A stretch of DNA of 64,000 nucleotides from Octopus sinensis. Lineage: Eukaryota. The notes beneath the pieces were generated by a model. That model saw only the letters and a program-made list of their open reading frames with translations. It did no database searches and was not told the DNA's origin. Shown here in pieces: positions 40,038 to 52,734 of the stretch (position 1 is the first letter of the stretch; each line of letters begins with the position of its first letter). The stretch is taken from positions 28,210,001 to 28,274,000 of the forward strand of contig NC_043004.1 in assembly GCF_006345805.1 (NCBI RefSeq), given 5' to 3'. The position numbers and the translations under genes are program-made.

Positions 40038-40286
40038 CATATCTCCATAGTGATCATTCCAACTATGTCACACGAATCTCATATCTCTGTACGTCACACT
40101 ACCACGCAGTCACTCATATCTCCTTCGTTATCACTCGAAGTAATACCTTATCTCCATTGTTACAATGCAAATTAGTAATTTCTCTTTGGTATGTACTCCA
40201 ATTACTGTCATATCTTTATACTGAGAACACCACCTAGCATGTCTCCTTAGTTACCACTCAAATTAATGCAATATCTCCATAGTTAC
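40038..40286. repeat. Degenerate minisatellite, ~8 units of 29-42 bp with core CATATCTCC(A/T)TAGTTA
   Basis: The core recurs at roughly regular spacing with divergent sequence between copies. Confidence 0.7.
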
Positions 40287-41546
40287 AACAACCATTAACA
40301 TAATACATTCACTAGTTGTGGTCCGAGTAACATAATATTTCTAAAGATAGCTCTGCAACTAACCTAATTACCATTCTAACACAATAATTCATTGGTTTAT
40401 TTCCTCTAAGCAATGCAATATATTCACAAGTATCTAGCGCGAAATCATATCTAACACGTCATTAACGCCATATTCCCACAAATTGCCCCTCGAAAACGAG
40501 AACAAGAACAAAACAATATTTGTATCGTGTATATATTTCCAATAATTCTTCCGTTTACTATAATCCCTTGAGCCATTATTGTTTTCTAGTATATCTTTCT
40601 ATACGGACAGCCATACCCCTTTCTTTATTGAACAGTAAATTATCTGTAATCTCCCATAATCCTTATTAATCTTATTTTACTCGTGCGTCTTGCATCAAAT
40701 AAAAGTAGAGATTGTTATAATGATTCCACATATTGAATAACGTCAAATGGAGGAGTTTATATTGACAAGTATTCAGTCGAACCATGGCAACGATCAATCA
40801 AAAGAGATTTTTATATTTCGGTAAAATGAATATAGCTACCGGATTTTGTCCTTCGTTTCACATTAATACATGTATCAGCTGTGCTAGCACAAAATATCTG
40901 TAATATCAGTATATCCGATACTGTAATATCAGCGACTTGTCGCTTTTATATATATATATATACTTTTTCTTTCTTTTTTCTTTCTTTTTCTTTTTCTTGT
41001 TTCAGTCATCTAACCGTGGCCATGCTGGAGCACCGCCTTTAGTCGAGCAACTCGACATATTTACTGTCTTCTATGTCTTCTATCTCTCATCATTCTAATG
41101 ACCGGATTTCCATTTCTGACTTCTCTGTAGCTGTACATAATGATTATGTGCAGTCGCTCGACCAGCAAGAAATAGCAGCCAAATTTTATGTAAATCACAG
41201 GCTACTATCTGTGAAAAAGACACATTGGGTAACATGTTTCTGGGCTCTGAGCCCATAAGGAAAGACTGGATAGTCAAACTGGATTACTTACGATCAATAG
41301 TTTACTCAATCTCATGTTAAATAGCAGTAGCTGCAGCAGCAACGGCAGTGGAGGCTCAATGGCCCAATGGTTAGGGCAGCGGAATCGCGGTCGGAGGATC
41401 GCGGTTTCGATTTATTTATTTATGTGTGTGTGTACGATGTCTCTGGACACAGTTAGAAGTCCATTCATGACGAAATCCCAATATAGGATGCAAACCTACT
41501 GGAAACATCCCTCTTCTTTTGTCCACAAAGACATTACTTAGAAATC

Positions 41547-41933
41547 GTGGAGACGCAATGGCCCAGTGGTTAGGGCAGCGGACTCGCGGTCGTAGGATCG
41601 CGGTTTCGATTCCCAGACCGGGCGTTGTGAGTGTTTACTGAGCGAAAACACCTAAAGCTCCACGAGGCTCCGGCAGGGGATGGTGGTGATCCCTGCTGTA
41701 CTCTTTCACCACAACTTTCTCTCACTCTTACTTCCTGTTTCTGTTGTATCTGTATTTCAAAGGGCCGGCTTTGTCACTCTCTGTGTCACGCTGAATATCC
41801 CCGAGAACGACGTTAAGGGTACACGTGTCTGTGGAGTGCTCAGCCACTTACACGTTAATTTCACGAGCAGGCTGTTCCGTTGATCGGATCAACCGGAACC
41901 CTCGTCGTCGTAACCGACGGAGTGCTTCCATCC
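41547..41933 (+). mobile_element. SINE family C (young, tRNA-derived), copy 1, 11-bp TSD
   Basis: Head GCAATGGCCCAGTGGTTAGGGCAGCGGACTC..GGTTTCGATTCCC. ACTTAGAAATC at 41536-41546 and 41934-41944. 7 substitutions versus the 53332 copy over ~380 bp. Confidence 0.92.
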
Positions 41934-42384
41934 ACTTAGAAATCACTCGTGTACAATAGGACGACAGTATGGCGTATTTTATCGACCCAATATTGATTGA
42001 AATCTTATACGATAATTACCTTATACGATAATTTCAACATAGTCAATGCTCAATTTGCCATCATTTCTTCCAAAATTCTTTTCAAATAGATGATAGACTG
42101 GAGAAAATATATTAAATACATAATATACAGAATAGTATGTGCTCCACGACGTATCGTTATATTATTATATGATATCTATAATTGTGTAGAATATTAGCTA
42201 AAGTTAACAAATCTTCGATTAAAATGAGCCTTTTGCAGTTTGAGCTCTTAAATTGCTCCTGTATCTCAGAGACGTACTGATGTCTCATTCTTCTATTATT
42301 CATTTTGGGACAAAATTACAACCTTTTTCTTTACTACCCACAAGGGGATAAACACAGAGAGGACAAAAAAAGGACAGACAAACG

Positions 42385-42557
42385 GATTAAATCGATTATA
42401 TCGACCCCAATGCGTAACTGGTACTTATTTAATCGACCCCGAAACGATGAAAGGCAAAGTCGACCTCGGCGGAATTTGAACTCAGAACGTAGCGGCAGAC
42501 GAAATACCGCTAAGCATTTCGCCCGGCGTGCTAACGGTTCTGCCAGCTAGCCGTCTT
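42385..42557 (-). mobile_element. SINE family A, well preserved
   Basis: CTGGTACTTATTTAATCGACCCCGAAACGATGAAAGGCAAAGTCGACCTCGGCGGAATTTGAACTC..TTCTGCCAGCTAGCC. Confidence 0.9.
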
Positions 42558-43665
42558 CGGGACAAGATTACTACCATTAACATCGAAGTTTTCCTCAGTT
42601 GCCTTGAAGAAAATTTAAATTATACATATCTTATTGATTAAATTATGAATGATCCTGTTTCTGGAGAATTTGCAACATTGTGATATAATTTTGTTTCCTG
42701 GAGGGAGCCGCTCTCGCACCTTCTTGCCTCATCTTGTTCTTATCTAAGACAGGCGCATGATCTAATGCACTGACGTTTTAAAGGGTAACCCAAGCTTTAA
42801 AAGGTAAACAGTCGAAATCCAGAGACTGTATATATCGCGAATAATTACTTGAAATGTACCATATCACACACATACACATACGTTACAGAAGTGTCAGTGT
42901 CTGAGTTGTTGTGTATGCTTGTGAGTGTGTGTGTGTGTTTTTTCTAGGTATAATATTTGCTTGTATTTACAAACAATTGTATATTGCAAAATCTAAACTG
43001 TGACACAGAGAAATACAGGGGAAAACGTCTTAACTACGTTACTCTCTCTTTCTCTCGTTCTTTCCCCCTTCTATCTCTCTCTTCACACATACACAAACAC
43101 ACACTCGCACTCAGACACACGCACTCATACACTCATACACACACAAATACACGCACATGCATATATGCATTTATGGGGCTATGAACAAACGTCGTTCGCC
43201 AATACATATATAAATGGATCTCTTAATATTGTATAATTAATTATTTCGCTTTTATTCTTTCCCTTCCCTTTCCCTTTGTTGTTGGTGTTATTGTTATGTC
43301 TGTCAAATAAAACATTTCAATAAATACAAGTTGTCGACATTCCTGTCCAAGTGACAACAGATTAGACTGCATTGTGATGACACACAACAGTACAATGCAC
43401 ACAACCTGTCGTCACGTAATTTGCGCGAGCTACACCGGAAGATAATATCTCTCTCTGTCATTGTTGTCCTCGGTACCCCAAGCTCTACGAGATAACTTAC
43501 ACTTCGACACAATCATTCGCTGGTTCTTTCACACAAATTAATTAATGGCTGTTACAATTTGACATTCATTTATCTTAGATTTTCGATGCCAATGAAATAA
43601 TTTGCATTCATTTTGTAACATGCTATTATTAATAATAAATCTATTATATATACTGTTGTGAAATC

Positions 43666-43666
<1 letters not shown>

Positions 43667-43721
<55 letters not shown>

Positions 43722-43777
43722 ATGTATAAGTATGTATATATATATATATATAATATATATATATATAATATATATAT

Positions 43778-43823
<46 letters not shown>

Positions 43824-43842
43824 TACATACATACTTATACAT

Positions 43843-43914
<72 letters not shown>

Positions 43915-43980
43915 TATGTGTGTGTGTATATGCATATATATACATACATACATACTTATACATATATATACATATATATG
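43667..43980. repeat. (TA)n-rich microsatellite
   Basis: Direct inspection. Confidence 0.95.
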
Positions 43981-44189
43981 CTAACACACGCATATTTACA
44001 CACACAGGCATATATTTTTATATGTGTACATATTCGTATGTATAATTGTACTTGTGCAAGTGTGTGTGCTTGTGTGTGTACACAGATTTGCTTGCAGCAT
44101 ACATTATCATACTACGGGCACAAACTAAGACAGAAGACACAGACAATAAATATATTACAGAAAGGAATTACAAATCATAATAAATGCTT

Positions 44190-44585
44190 CAAATTTTGGC
44201 ACAAAGTCAGTATATCTAGGGTGAGGTTTGTTAGTCGATTACATCAACCCCAGTACTTGGTTGGTAATTATTTTATCGACACCAACAGGATTAAAAGCAA
44301 AGATATTTACGTAAAGTTCATTGGGCAGTCCATCTAACCCTAGTGACTTGTATCTCCTGCAACCGACAAGGGTGTCCTGAATTTCGGATGGAGTTATTGC
44401 CATTCGCAGCGCTCAGCTGTATAGAGACGCGGCAAGCCGTCGAGGTAGGAAGTGAAATTCGCCACCAAAGGATGAAAGGCAAAGTCGACATCGGCAGAAT
44501 TTGAACTCAGAACATAGACACGGACAAAATGCCACTAAGCATTTTTGTCCGGCGTGCTAACGATTCTGCCACTTCGTCGCCTTAA
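44190..44585 (-). mobile_element. SINE family A in two pieces separated by ~165 bp of unrelated sequence
   Basis: 3' half at 44190-44303, 5' half at 44468-44585. Confidence 0.75.
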
Positions 44586-46247
44586 CACCAATAACAACAG
44601 CAATAAGAAGAATAAGAGACATGATAATAATTTATATAATTGTTTCATGCAATACCTTTTCCCACCAGTGTTCGGTATATAATTTGGTGTTTACAAATTA
44701 TCATTAAGTATAGGCTAAGAAGTTTTCAAATGTCAACATGTTAGTAATTATGTGATAAATCGATTTATAGATCGATGATTTTATGATTGTCTGTTTGACT
44801 GGTTCCTAGAAATGTTTCTTAAAGCTGTACAAGTCGATTAACTGAACGACGCGGTAACCCTACAAATTGAGTACCAAATTATGTAGCAAAATATCGGTAA
44901 TAGTTTGTATTTCTTCATTGATATCGGTACAAAGTTCATGTCTATGGTACATAACTTTCACTGTAATTGTTACTTAATCCCATTGATCGAGCAAATCTGT
45001 AAGTAAAGACGTTTCCAGCGTAGCTACTCATTTTTATTTTAAGTTATTTTTTATAGTAGGATTATATAATGCATCTAGCACGTTTTATAATCCTATCAGA
45101 CCTTCCTTTTTTAAGACAGTAGTGTGTGATTTAGAGCAATTCGGAGTACTATTTCTCGGAAGTTTAGTGACCTCAGACACTTCCTCTAATCACTGATTCT
45201 CTACAGGCTTAACAAGCACCCATAAATATCTAACGTTTAAAGCAACTCGGAAAATGGAGCACGTGATCAGTGTGATTGTGTGACATCAATAAACAAATAA
45301 CGAACCGTATCATAAAACGAGTTTGAAATCGAAATGAATATTTATCAGACGCCTACTGTTTATCATAATGGCTGTCAAACCACACTTCTTCATTCGATTC
45401 CACTTGAGAGTACATTTAAAAAGATAACTGGAATATTGTTGACGAGTTAGTTGCATTAACTATGAAATCTCAAGATCTGGTAAACAAGCTTGGAAACAAT
45501 TTGAGTGCAAGTTGACACCATAGTGTTTATTTGTTGATTGGCTTTGCTTGCTATCTGGAAGGGAAATTAGATGAGATTTGATATCACCTAAATAGATTTT
45601 CAACAGATATAATGGCCGTTCTAATAGTTTATTAGTATTTTACATTCTAAAAGCTTTCAAATAATATGGTTGACACAGCAAGCATCTTTCATTTGTATTG
45701 TCTTCTTTATTTTCTATTTTAAAATATCTTCTGTTTCTCTCCTATCTACTTACAAAAGGACTGACTAAAGTGTGGTGAGGGCAATCCAGAAAAATAACAC
45801 CACTAAATAAAGACTTGTGAATCAATTGACCTCCTATCAAAAATGTACTGAAACTTGTCTTTGGGAAAGAGATAGAGTTTAAAGTGATGGCTAACAACAA
45901 TCCCATTAAAAGCAGAAGAGTAATGATGTTCTAATGTGATGACCTAACTTGACATCAGTAGCACATCTTATGTTATTTTGGTAGCAAGATCACTGATCAG
46001 ATTTTCAGCGAAATAGTGAACTCAGTACTGACAGTAGGCAATTTCCATAAGGTGACAGATAGGACTGAATGGAATCGATTAGTATATTCGGAGAGTTTAG
46101 ATGAGATGGTGTTCTTCGAGTAGGGTGGTTGTTAGTAGGATTACATCAACGATTCATGTAGCGATCCCAGCAACTATTTATATATATATATTTGTGTATG
46201 AGTGTGTGTGTGTGTGTGTATGTGTGTGTGAATGTGTGTGTGTGTGA

Positions 46248-46287
<40 letters not shown>

Positions 46288-46289
46288 GC

Positions 46290-46600
46290 TTTCTGAAGGG
46301 TGTCAGTTGAAGGATTTCGAATGAAGAAGTCCTTGGTACAGCAACCTCTATTAAAACGGAGCTCCAGCAGCCAGCTGGATTTAGGATCGTTTTACCTTTA
46401 TGCCTGAACCTAACATCCATAAGAGAAAATGCTGCTGTACAGTCCTCTGGTTTCCCCCACATTTCTCACTCAACGTGAAAACCCGCTTGAGAAGGCTTTT
46501 CTTCAGATTAATGGAAAGCGTTTAACAAAGGGTCATAAGTATAAGAAATTATTCGATAGATTTAACTGAAAGGTTTCCTTCAGATGGGCACCTAGTACAA
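46290..46600 (+). mobile_element. Highly decayed RTE-like LINE RT C-terminal fragment
   Basis: RISNEEVLGTATSIKT followed by frameshifted QL..MP..KMLLY, the typical post-RT segment. Confidence 0.5.
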
Positions 46601-47719
46601 AAAAAAATTATGAACGCCCCAAAGTTCTGAGCAAAGGTGGGAACCTCAGTAAAAGTTGATGGTTAACTCACTGTTACGCTAGGATTCAAGAGGAATTTGA
46701 AGATGTAGATTTTAATCACAGCCAGATAGGACACCTCCACACAGCCATCGTTAATGTACTTTCATGAGATTTTACCAAACGGGTGAAATGGACGAAATGG
46801 TTCACTAGAATACTCTCCTCGCTCACCCAGAAATGGTTAGCAAATTATCACTGCGCCTCTAGTTTGGAAGATGCAAATCAGTTTGTTTTTTTTTAGTGAA
46901 TTTCAGTATTTTTAGGCTTTTATGAAAATCAGTAGTTAAATAAACCAGTGCACCTATGATAAAAAGGAAAAAGGTAAATTATTGCTCACATATAAGAACT
47001 GTATGCATGTCTGTCTGTCTGTCTTTCTGTATGTATGTATGTATGTATGTATGTATGTATGTATGTATGTATGTATGCGTATAGTTGACTTCAAAGGCCC
47101 TCCAACACTAGTGAAACTGATGTTGTTAATGTCCCACTTACATCGTAGTAAGTGGACGACAGCAGCAAAGGTGTGCAGGGAAGAAAGTTTTAAGAAGAAA
47201 AACTAGTGTGTTGGTTTATACAGGTTCATTAGAGCTGGACATAATGTGGGTGACCAAAGTAGAGGTCAGCGAGAGGAGAGATGTGAAAAGGAACAGAGGC
47301 CATTGTAGTAAGGATAGGAAAGGCAAAGGGAAGAAAATAAGTTTGTGGATTAAAGTTGGAGTGTGATTGCTAATCATTGGTCTAGTAGCTTCCTCTCGAT
47401 GCGTTGCAGGATTTCTATGTGTGTGTGGCTGTAACCCATGTCAAAATTGGGATCAACAGACTACTGTAAATCTCACTTGAGTTTTGTAGATGTAAGTAGT
47501 TTCTGTCTCAAAAGAGAAAAACCTATCTTTGTGATAGTGTGGACTTTTATTTGAAGAGTGTGGATAGGCTCAAGGTTTGTGCTTGCTCGTGTATGAGTAG
47601 GAGGACGGTTATTATGTTTTCTTGAGCTGCTAATTAAAAAGGGGAAAGAGAGTGAGGGGAAAACCAAATCCCGGAATATATACGTTTGCTGATTGCCCTC
47701 TTTTTTCGTCTTTCTATAG

Positions 47720-47763
47720 TAAAACAAGAAATTCATAACTTTCCAAGAAATGGTCGATTTCAG
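47720..47763 (+). CDS. Candidate 44-nt exon with GC donor (KQEIHNFPRNGRFQ)
   Basis: ctgat branch-like motif, 20-nt pyrimidine tract, tag|; only one frame open; CAG|gcaaga non-canonical donor. Confidence 0.28.
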
Positions 47764-47819
47764 GCAAGAATTGATTTCTACCATGTGTGTGTGGTTGTAT
47801 TTTGTATTCATATGCTTAC

Positions 47820-48445
47820 GTACATATATACATATATACATACATGCATGCATGCATGCATACATATATACATGCATACATAAACACACATACATACATA
47901 CATACATACAAACAAACATACATACATACATACATACACATACATACATACATACATACACACACATATATACATACATACATAATACAAACATACATAC
48001 ATACATACATACATACATACATACATGCATACACATACATACATACATATAAACAAACATACATACATACATACAAACACACATACATACATACATACAC
48101 ACACATACATACATACATACATACATACATACACACACATACATACATACATTACATACATAAATACATACACATACATACATGCAAACAAACATACATA
48201 CATACATACATACACACATACATACACACATACATACACATACATACATACATACACATACATGCATACACATACATACATACATACATACATACATACA
48301 TACATACAAACAAACATACATATATACATACATACATACATACATACATACACATACATACATACATACATACATACATACATACATACACATACATATA
48401 TACATACATACATACATACATGCATACATACATGCATACATAGAA
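47820..48445. repeat. (CATA)n compound microsatellite, ~620 bp
   Basis: Direct inspection; explains the 558-aa ORF at 47473-49149. Confidence 0.96.
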
Positions 48446-49303
48446 ATACAGGAACATATATAAAAATATATATATATATCTGTCTGTCTGTATGTATGTA
48501 TATCTCTGCTTTTACGTCCGTACGTGCGTTCATTTGTGCGTGCGTGTGTGTGTGTGTGTGTGTGTGTACATGAGTATGTGTGTCGGCGTGGGGGATGCGT
48601 GCTGGACTGTAATTGCAAGAGAGTGTCTGCGGCTGCGTCTTGCCTTATACATACGTGCGTTATCGTCAAACGATGCTTTGTTCTGCCTCTCTCTACACCC
48701 GATCTTTCTTCTACCACCTTTTCCCCGCATGTCCTTCTTCCCTCTCTATCCACCTTATCACAAACACTGACACACAGACAACTGGCACACACACACATAC
48801 ACACACATTTACAAACACCTATAGACGCATAGACATTATACAAGGTGTGCCAGCTTTCCATCTGAATTAGGTCATACTGCCCTGCATGAATATATACAAT
48901 AGTGTATGAAATTCTTCTCAACAACCTGTCAGCTACGTTTAGGAGGTACCGATCGATAGAAGCTAACTGAAAGAAAGAGCGAACGAGCGAGAGAGAGAGA
49001 GAGAGACGGGGGAGGGGGATGGAGGGAAAGAGAAACGGAGAGAGTGAGAGAGGAACGGCAACTGAAAAGAGAGAGAGAGAGAGATAAGAGAGAGTGAGAG
49101 AAAGAATCATACACACAGACACAATAAAGAACGACAGACACGCACACACACGCGCTCACAAACACACGCATAGAGAGTAAACATATACAAAGGCTGGGAC
49201 ACAGACCATGTAGGAAATAAGAAATAGATGTTTGCGTTCACTCAAACAACAGACAAATGTAGTCTGCTATTCATCTCTTCTCTGTCTATCTGTCCGTCTC
49301 CCC

Positions 49304-49346
<43 letters not shown>

Positions 49347-49504
49347 GTCACCCCTCTCTGTCCCTCCTCTCTCTCTTCTTTCTTCTGTCAAATACTTTTC
49401 TCTCATATACAATCTAATGATTATAGCTGCATACGCTTATACACGTATAAATGCATATATAAATGCATACGTACATACACAAATACATATGCAATATACA
49501 GATT

Positions 49505-49822
49505 CAAATCTGGCTGGGTAGTAAGAAGCTTGCTTCCCAACCACATGGCTCTGGGTTCAGTCCCACTGCGTTGCACTGTGAGCAAGTGTCTTTTACTATA
49601 GCTTCGTGCCGACCAATCAAGACCTTGTGAGCGGATATGGTAAAAAGAAACTGAAAGAATCCCGTCGTAAATCATTTTACCTTTGCCCATATAATACAGT
49701 AAATGAATGATTGCATCGCAATCATTAACATTTATGTATTAACTTTGTTGGATACTTCACTAGCAGTATATTGGATATATGTTATCCCATGGAGGGTTGC
49801 ATTTACAACCCCTATCTCAATT

Positions 49823-49904
<82 letters not shown>

Positions 49905-50170
49905 TATATGTATGTATGTATGTATAATGTATCTATATATCTGTGTATGTTTCTATGTGTTTGTGATTGTCCACCTACCACCGCTTGACAACCGCTATTG
50001 CTGTGTTTACGTCCCTGTGATCTAGCAGTCCGTCAAATATGCCCGATATAATGAGTAGCAGGCTTTAAAAAAATAAGTTCTAGGCTTGATTTGCTCGACT
50101 AAAATCCTTCAAGGCAGTGAAGTCAGCATGCATGGCCGCAGTCAAAAATGACTGAAGCAAGTAAAAGATA
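49505..50170 (+). mobile_element. SINE family B, full length, with expanded internal (TA)n
   Basis: Head (GGGTTCAGTCCCACTGCG..GAGCAAGTGTC) at 49510-49670; tail (GCTTGACAACC..CATGGCCGCAGTC..ACTGAAGCAAGTAAAAGA) at 49975-50170. Confidence 0.82.
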
Positions 50171-50195
50171 CCATAAAGATGTATCTATATACATA

Positions 50196-50744
50196 CTAGA
50201 CTATCCGTGACCCGTTGGGTCACCAGGACTGTCTGAGTTTCTCAGCAACGAAGTTTCGTTTCGTGTTTTGTTTTTTCTTTTCCAGGTTATTTCGCATGCA
50301 TTCTGCGAATGTGACAGCGAAATCACGCTTGAAGGAAAGATTTGGCTGCTATTTCTTGCACGCCCTGCTACCATGTAACAGGTATTTCGGTTCTTTGATC
50401 GCAAATACCTGTTACATGGTAGCAGGGCATACTAGAAATAGCAGTCAAATTTTCGGAATTGAGATACGTTGAAGGCACTCCAAAAAATTTTTGTAATGGT
50501 ATTTCCTTTGGGCGATCTTTCGCTTTGACTCTCAGAACTGTCATCCAGCTCAGCTGGTTTTGTTCGTTAATTTCTGGAAAAATGTTTTTGTTTATTTACT
50601 TTTTCTTTAAAATGAAAGAGAGGAGAAAGTGACAGATGTATGAACGTGTATATCAAATAGACGTGTGTATGTGTGTTTATGTGACAGAGAGAGGGAAAGA
50701 ACCATTTACACATACATGAGAACACACACGTGCACTCATTCTCC

Positions 50745-50793
<49 letters not shown>

Positions 50794-50920
50794 ACACACA
50801 CGTCCATTCCGTATACACGTATGTACATCTTTTATTTTCTCCTCTCTTTCACTTTAAAACAAAAGTAAATAAATAAAAAAATTTTCAGAAATTAACGAAC
50901 GGAAATTAACGAACAAAAAA
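50196..50920 (-). mobile_element. Non-autonomous Helitron-like element (3' end defined, 5' end not found)
   Basis: Minus strand: GTGACCC-AAC-GGGTCAC hairpin, 7 nt, CTAG terminus, then T, as in a canonical Helitron 3' end. Internal inverted repeats and simple repeats. Right boundary approximate. Confidence 0.55.
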
Positions 50921-51300
50921 CCTTTAAAATATTGCCCGTTCGAAGAAAGCTAAAATACAAATACTTACTGTACAAGCAACTTACATTTTTGAAATCACAT
51001 TAAATTTAAAAGATTTCTAAATTATTAGAATATTGTGTACGGTGCGAGGACTAGAGTGTGTGTATATGTCTGAGATAGCGGACGTGTGCTAGTGTTGATT
51101 GACACGCTATGACATTCATTATATGTGTGTGTATTCTGTATGTGTGTCTCTGTGTTGACGTCACGGAAGCCATGTTTTTTTTCGTCAAGATATAACAAAC
51201 AAAAATTATGTTTAATCGTTTTCATTGATAAATAGAAGTCCAGATACAGCAAAAATGTGATAATTCGGGTATACACAAACATCTCTAGAGTACATATATA

Positions 51301-51346
<46 letters not shown>

Positions 51347-51948
51347 GCAACGCACACACAGACATTTATATATCTATATCTAGTTATCTAGCTATCTGTA
51401 TTTATTCACACTCAATATTCAACTTCTGAATATTCAACACTGAATATTCAACTTCTGTCAATTGAAATAAAAGCAAAATATTTATAGACGCATGATTTGA
51501 TTTCTGTTTATCTGGCTTAAACCCAGTTTGAATACTGCTATGCATGAAACTCTCGGCCCTTGAGTCACTTAGGATCTTCTTCTGATTACACACACACACA
51601 TACACACACACACATACACACACACACATACACACACACACATACACACACACACATACACACATGCTTTTGCTTGTTTCAGAGCAACTGTAATGTTGTA
51701 ACGCTGGGAGACTACTGTCGTCCAATTGAAGGGTTTTTGTCGAATAAATCGGCACCGATGCCATTTTTTATTTTAAATTCTGGTACTTATTCTGTTAATC
51801 ACTTCCCGATTCGGGAAGCATGTCCCCCGCAACTACCGGGGGACGTACTGATTGTCAAACGGTAAGGGGAACAAACACAAACCCAAATACACACACAGAT
51901 CGAGCTGTAAGTTAAAAGTATGTAATGATCATTATGAATATCTTGTCT

Positions 51949-51987
<39 letters not shown>

Positions 51988-52734
51988 CCAAAAAGTGAGG
52001 AAATAACACGCAAAACACAGATACAATCATTTCATAGCAAAGCGATGCTTGTTATGTAACTTGTAATATACAGAGAGCCAGCTTAGCTAATCTTCAGGTC
52101 TTGTTATTTACAAGTTGTTTACATTGTCGCGTGTAGATGAACAAATGAATCATCAAAGTAGCCACAGCAGGAATAATTCATGTTGTGAATTATGTTACTT
52201 CATTTGTTCATATCCACTCGACCTAAGGATTAGCTAAATAGGTTCTATGTATGTTACAAGTTACGTAGTAAATATGGTTTTAGCCATGAAACGATTGTTG
52301 TTTCCTATTTTTAAATTTACATTCCTTACATTATCGGAATGTTCACATTTTAGCAACTTTATTTGCTAAGCTGTATCTCATATGCTGGCTGACTGTCTGC
52401 TTATCGCAAATTTCTTTGATTTTAATATTAGACGAAGTGTGTATTTTACGATGTTAACAACCGTTTTATCTATGGTGTCCATTTTTTATCATCTATGCTA
52501 ACAGCATATATGCTCGGAGCTTACTTGGATCCTTATATACATACATTCATACATACATACATGCATTGATATGTGTGTGTGTGTGCATTTGTTTTTCAAT
52601 TGTCTGAGGACGTGCTTGCTTCGTGCAGGCCCTTATAAGCTGCATCTATTGGTTGTTTCTATTGCGTAACATCATGTGTTGCCGAATTCAGAAAGATACG
52701 TGACAACTGGAATAAAGGAGTACCAAGTTATGCC

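Noticed and set aside
40038-40286. CRISPR array
   Set aside because: Cores are short and degenerate, spacing is irregular, there are no cas genes and the context is eukaryotic. Kept only as a minisatellite.
41547-41620. Functional tRNA gene
   Set aside because: The tRNA-like sequence continues into a 300-bp SINE body flanked by TSDs, and no acceptor stem closes.
47473-49149. 558-aa ORF, the longest in the track
   Set aside because: It is a translation of (TATG)n, (TG)n and (CT)n repeats (YVCM..., SLSL...), which lack stops in that frame.
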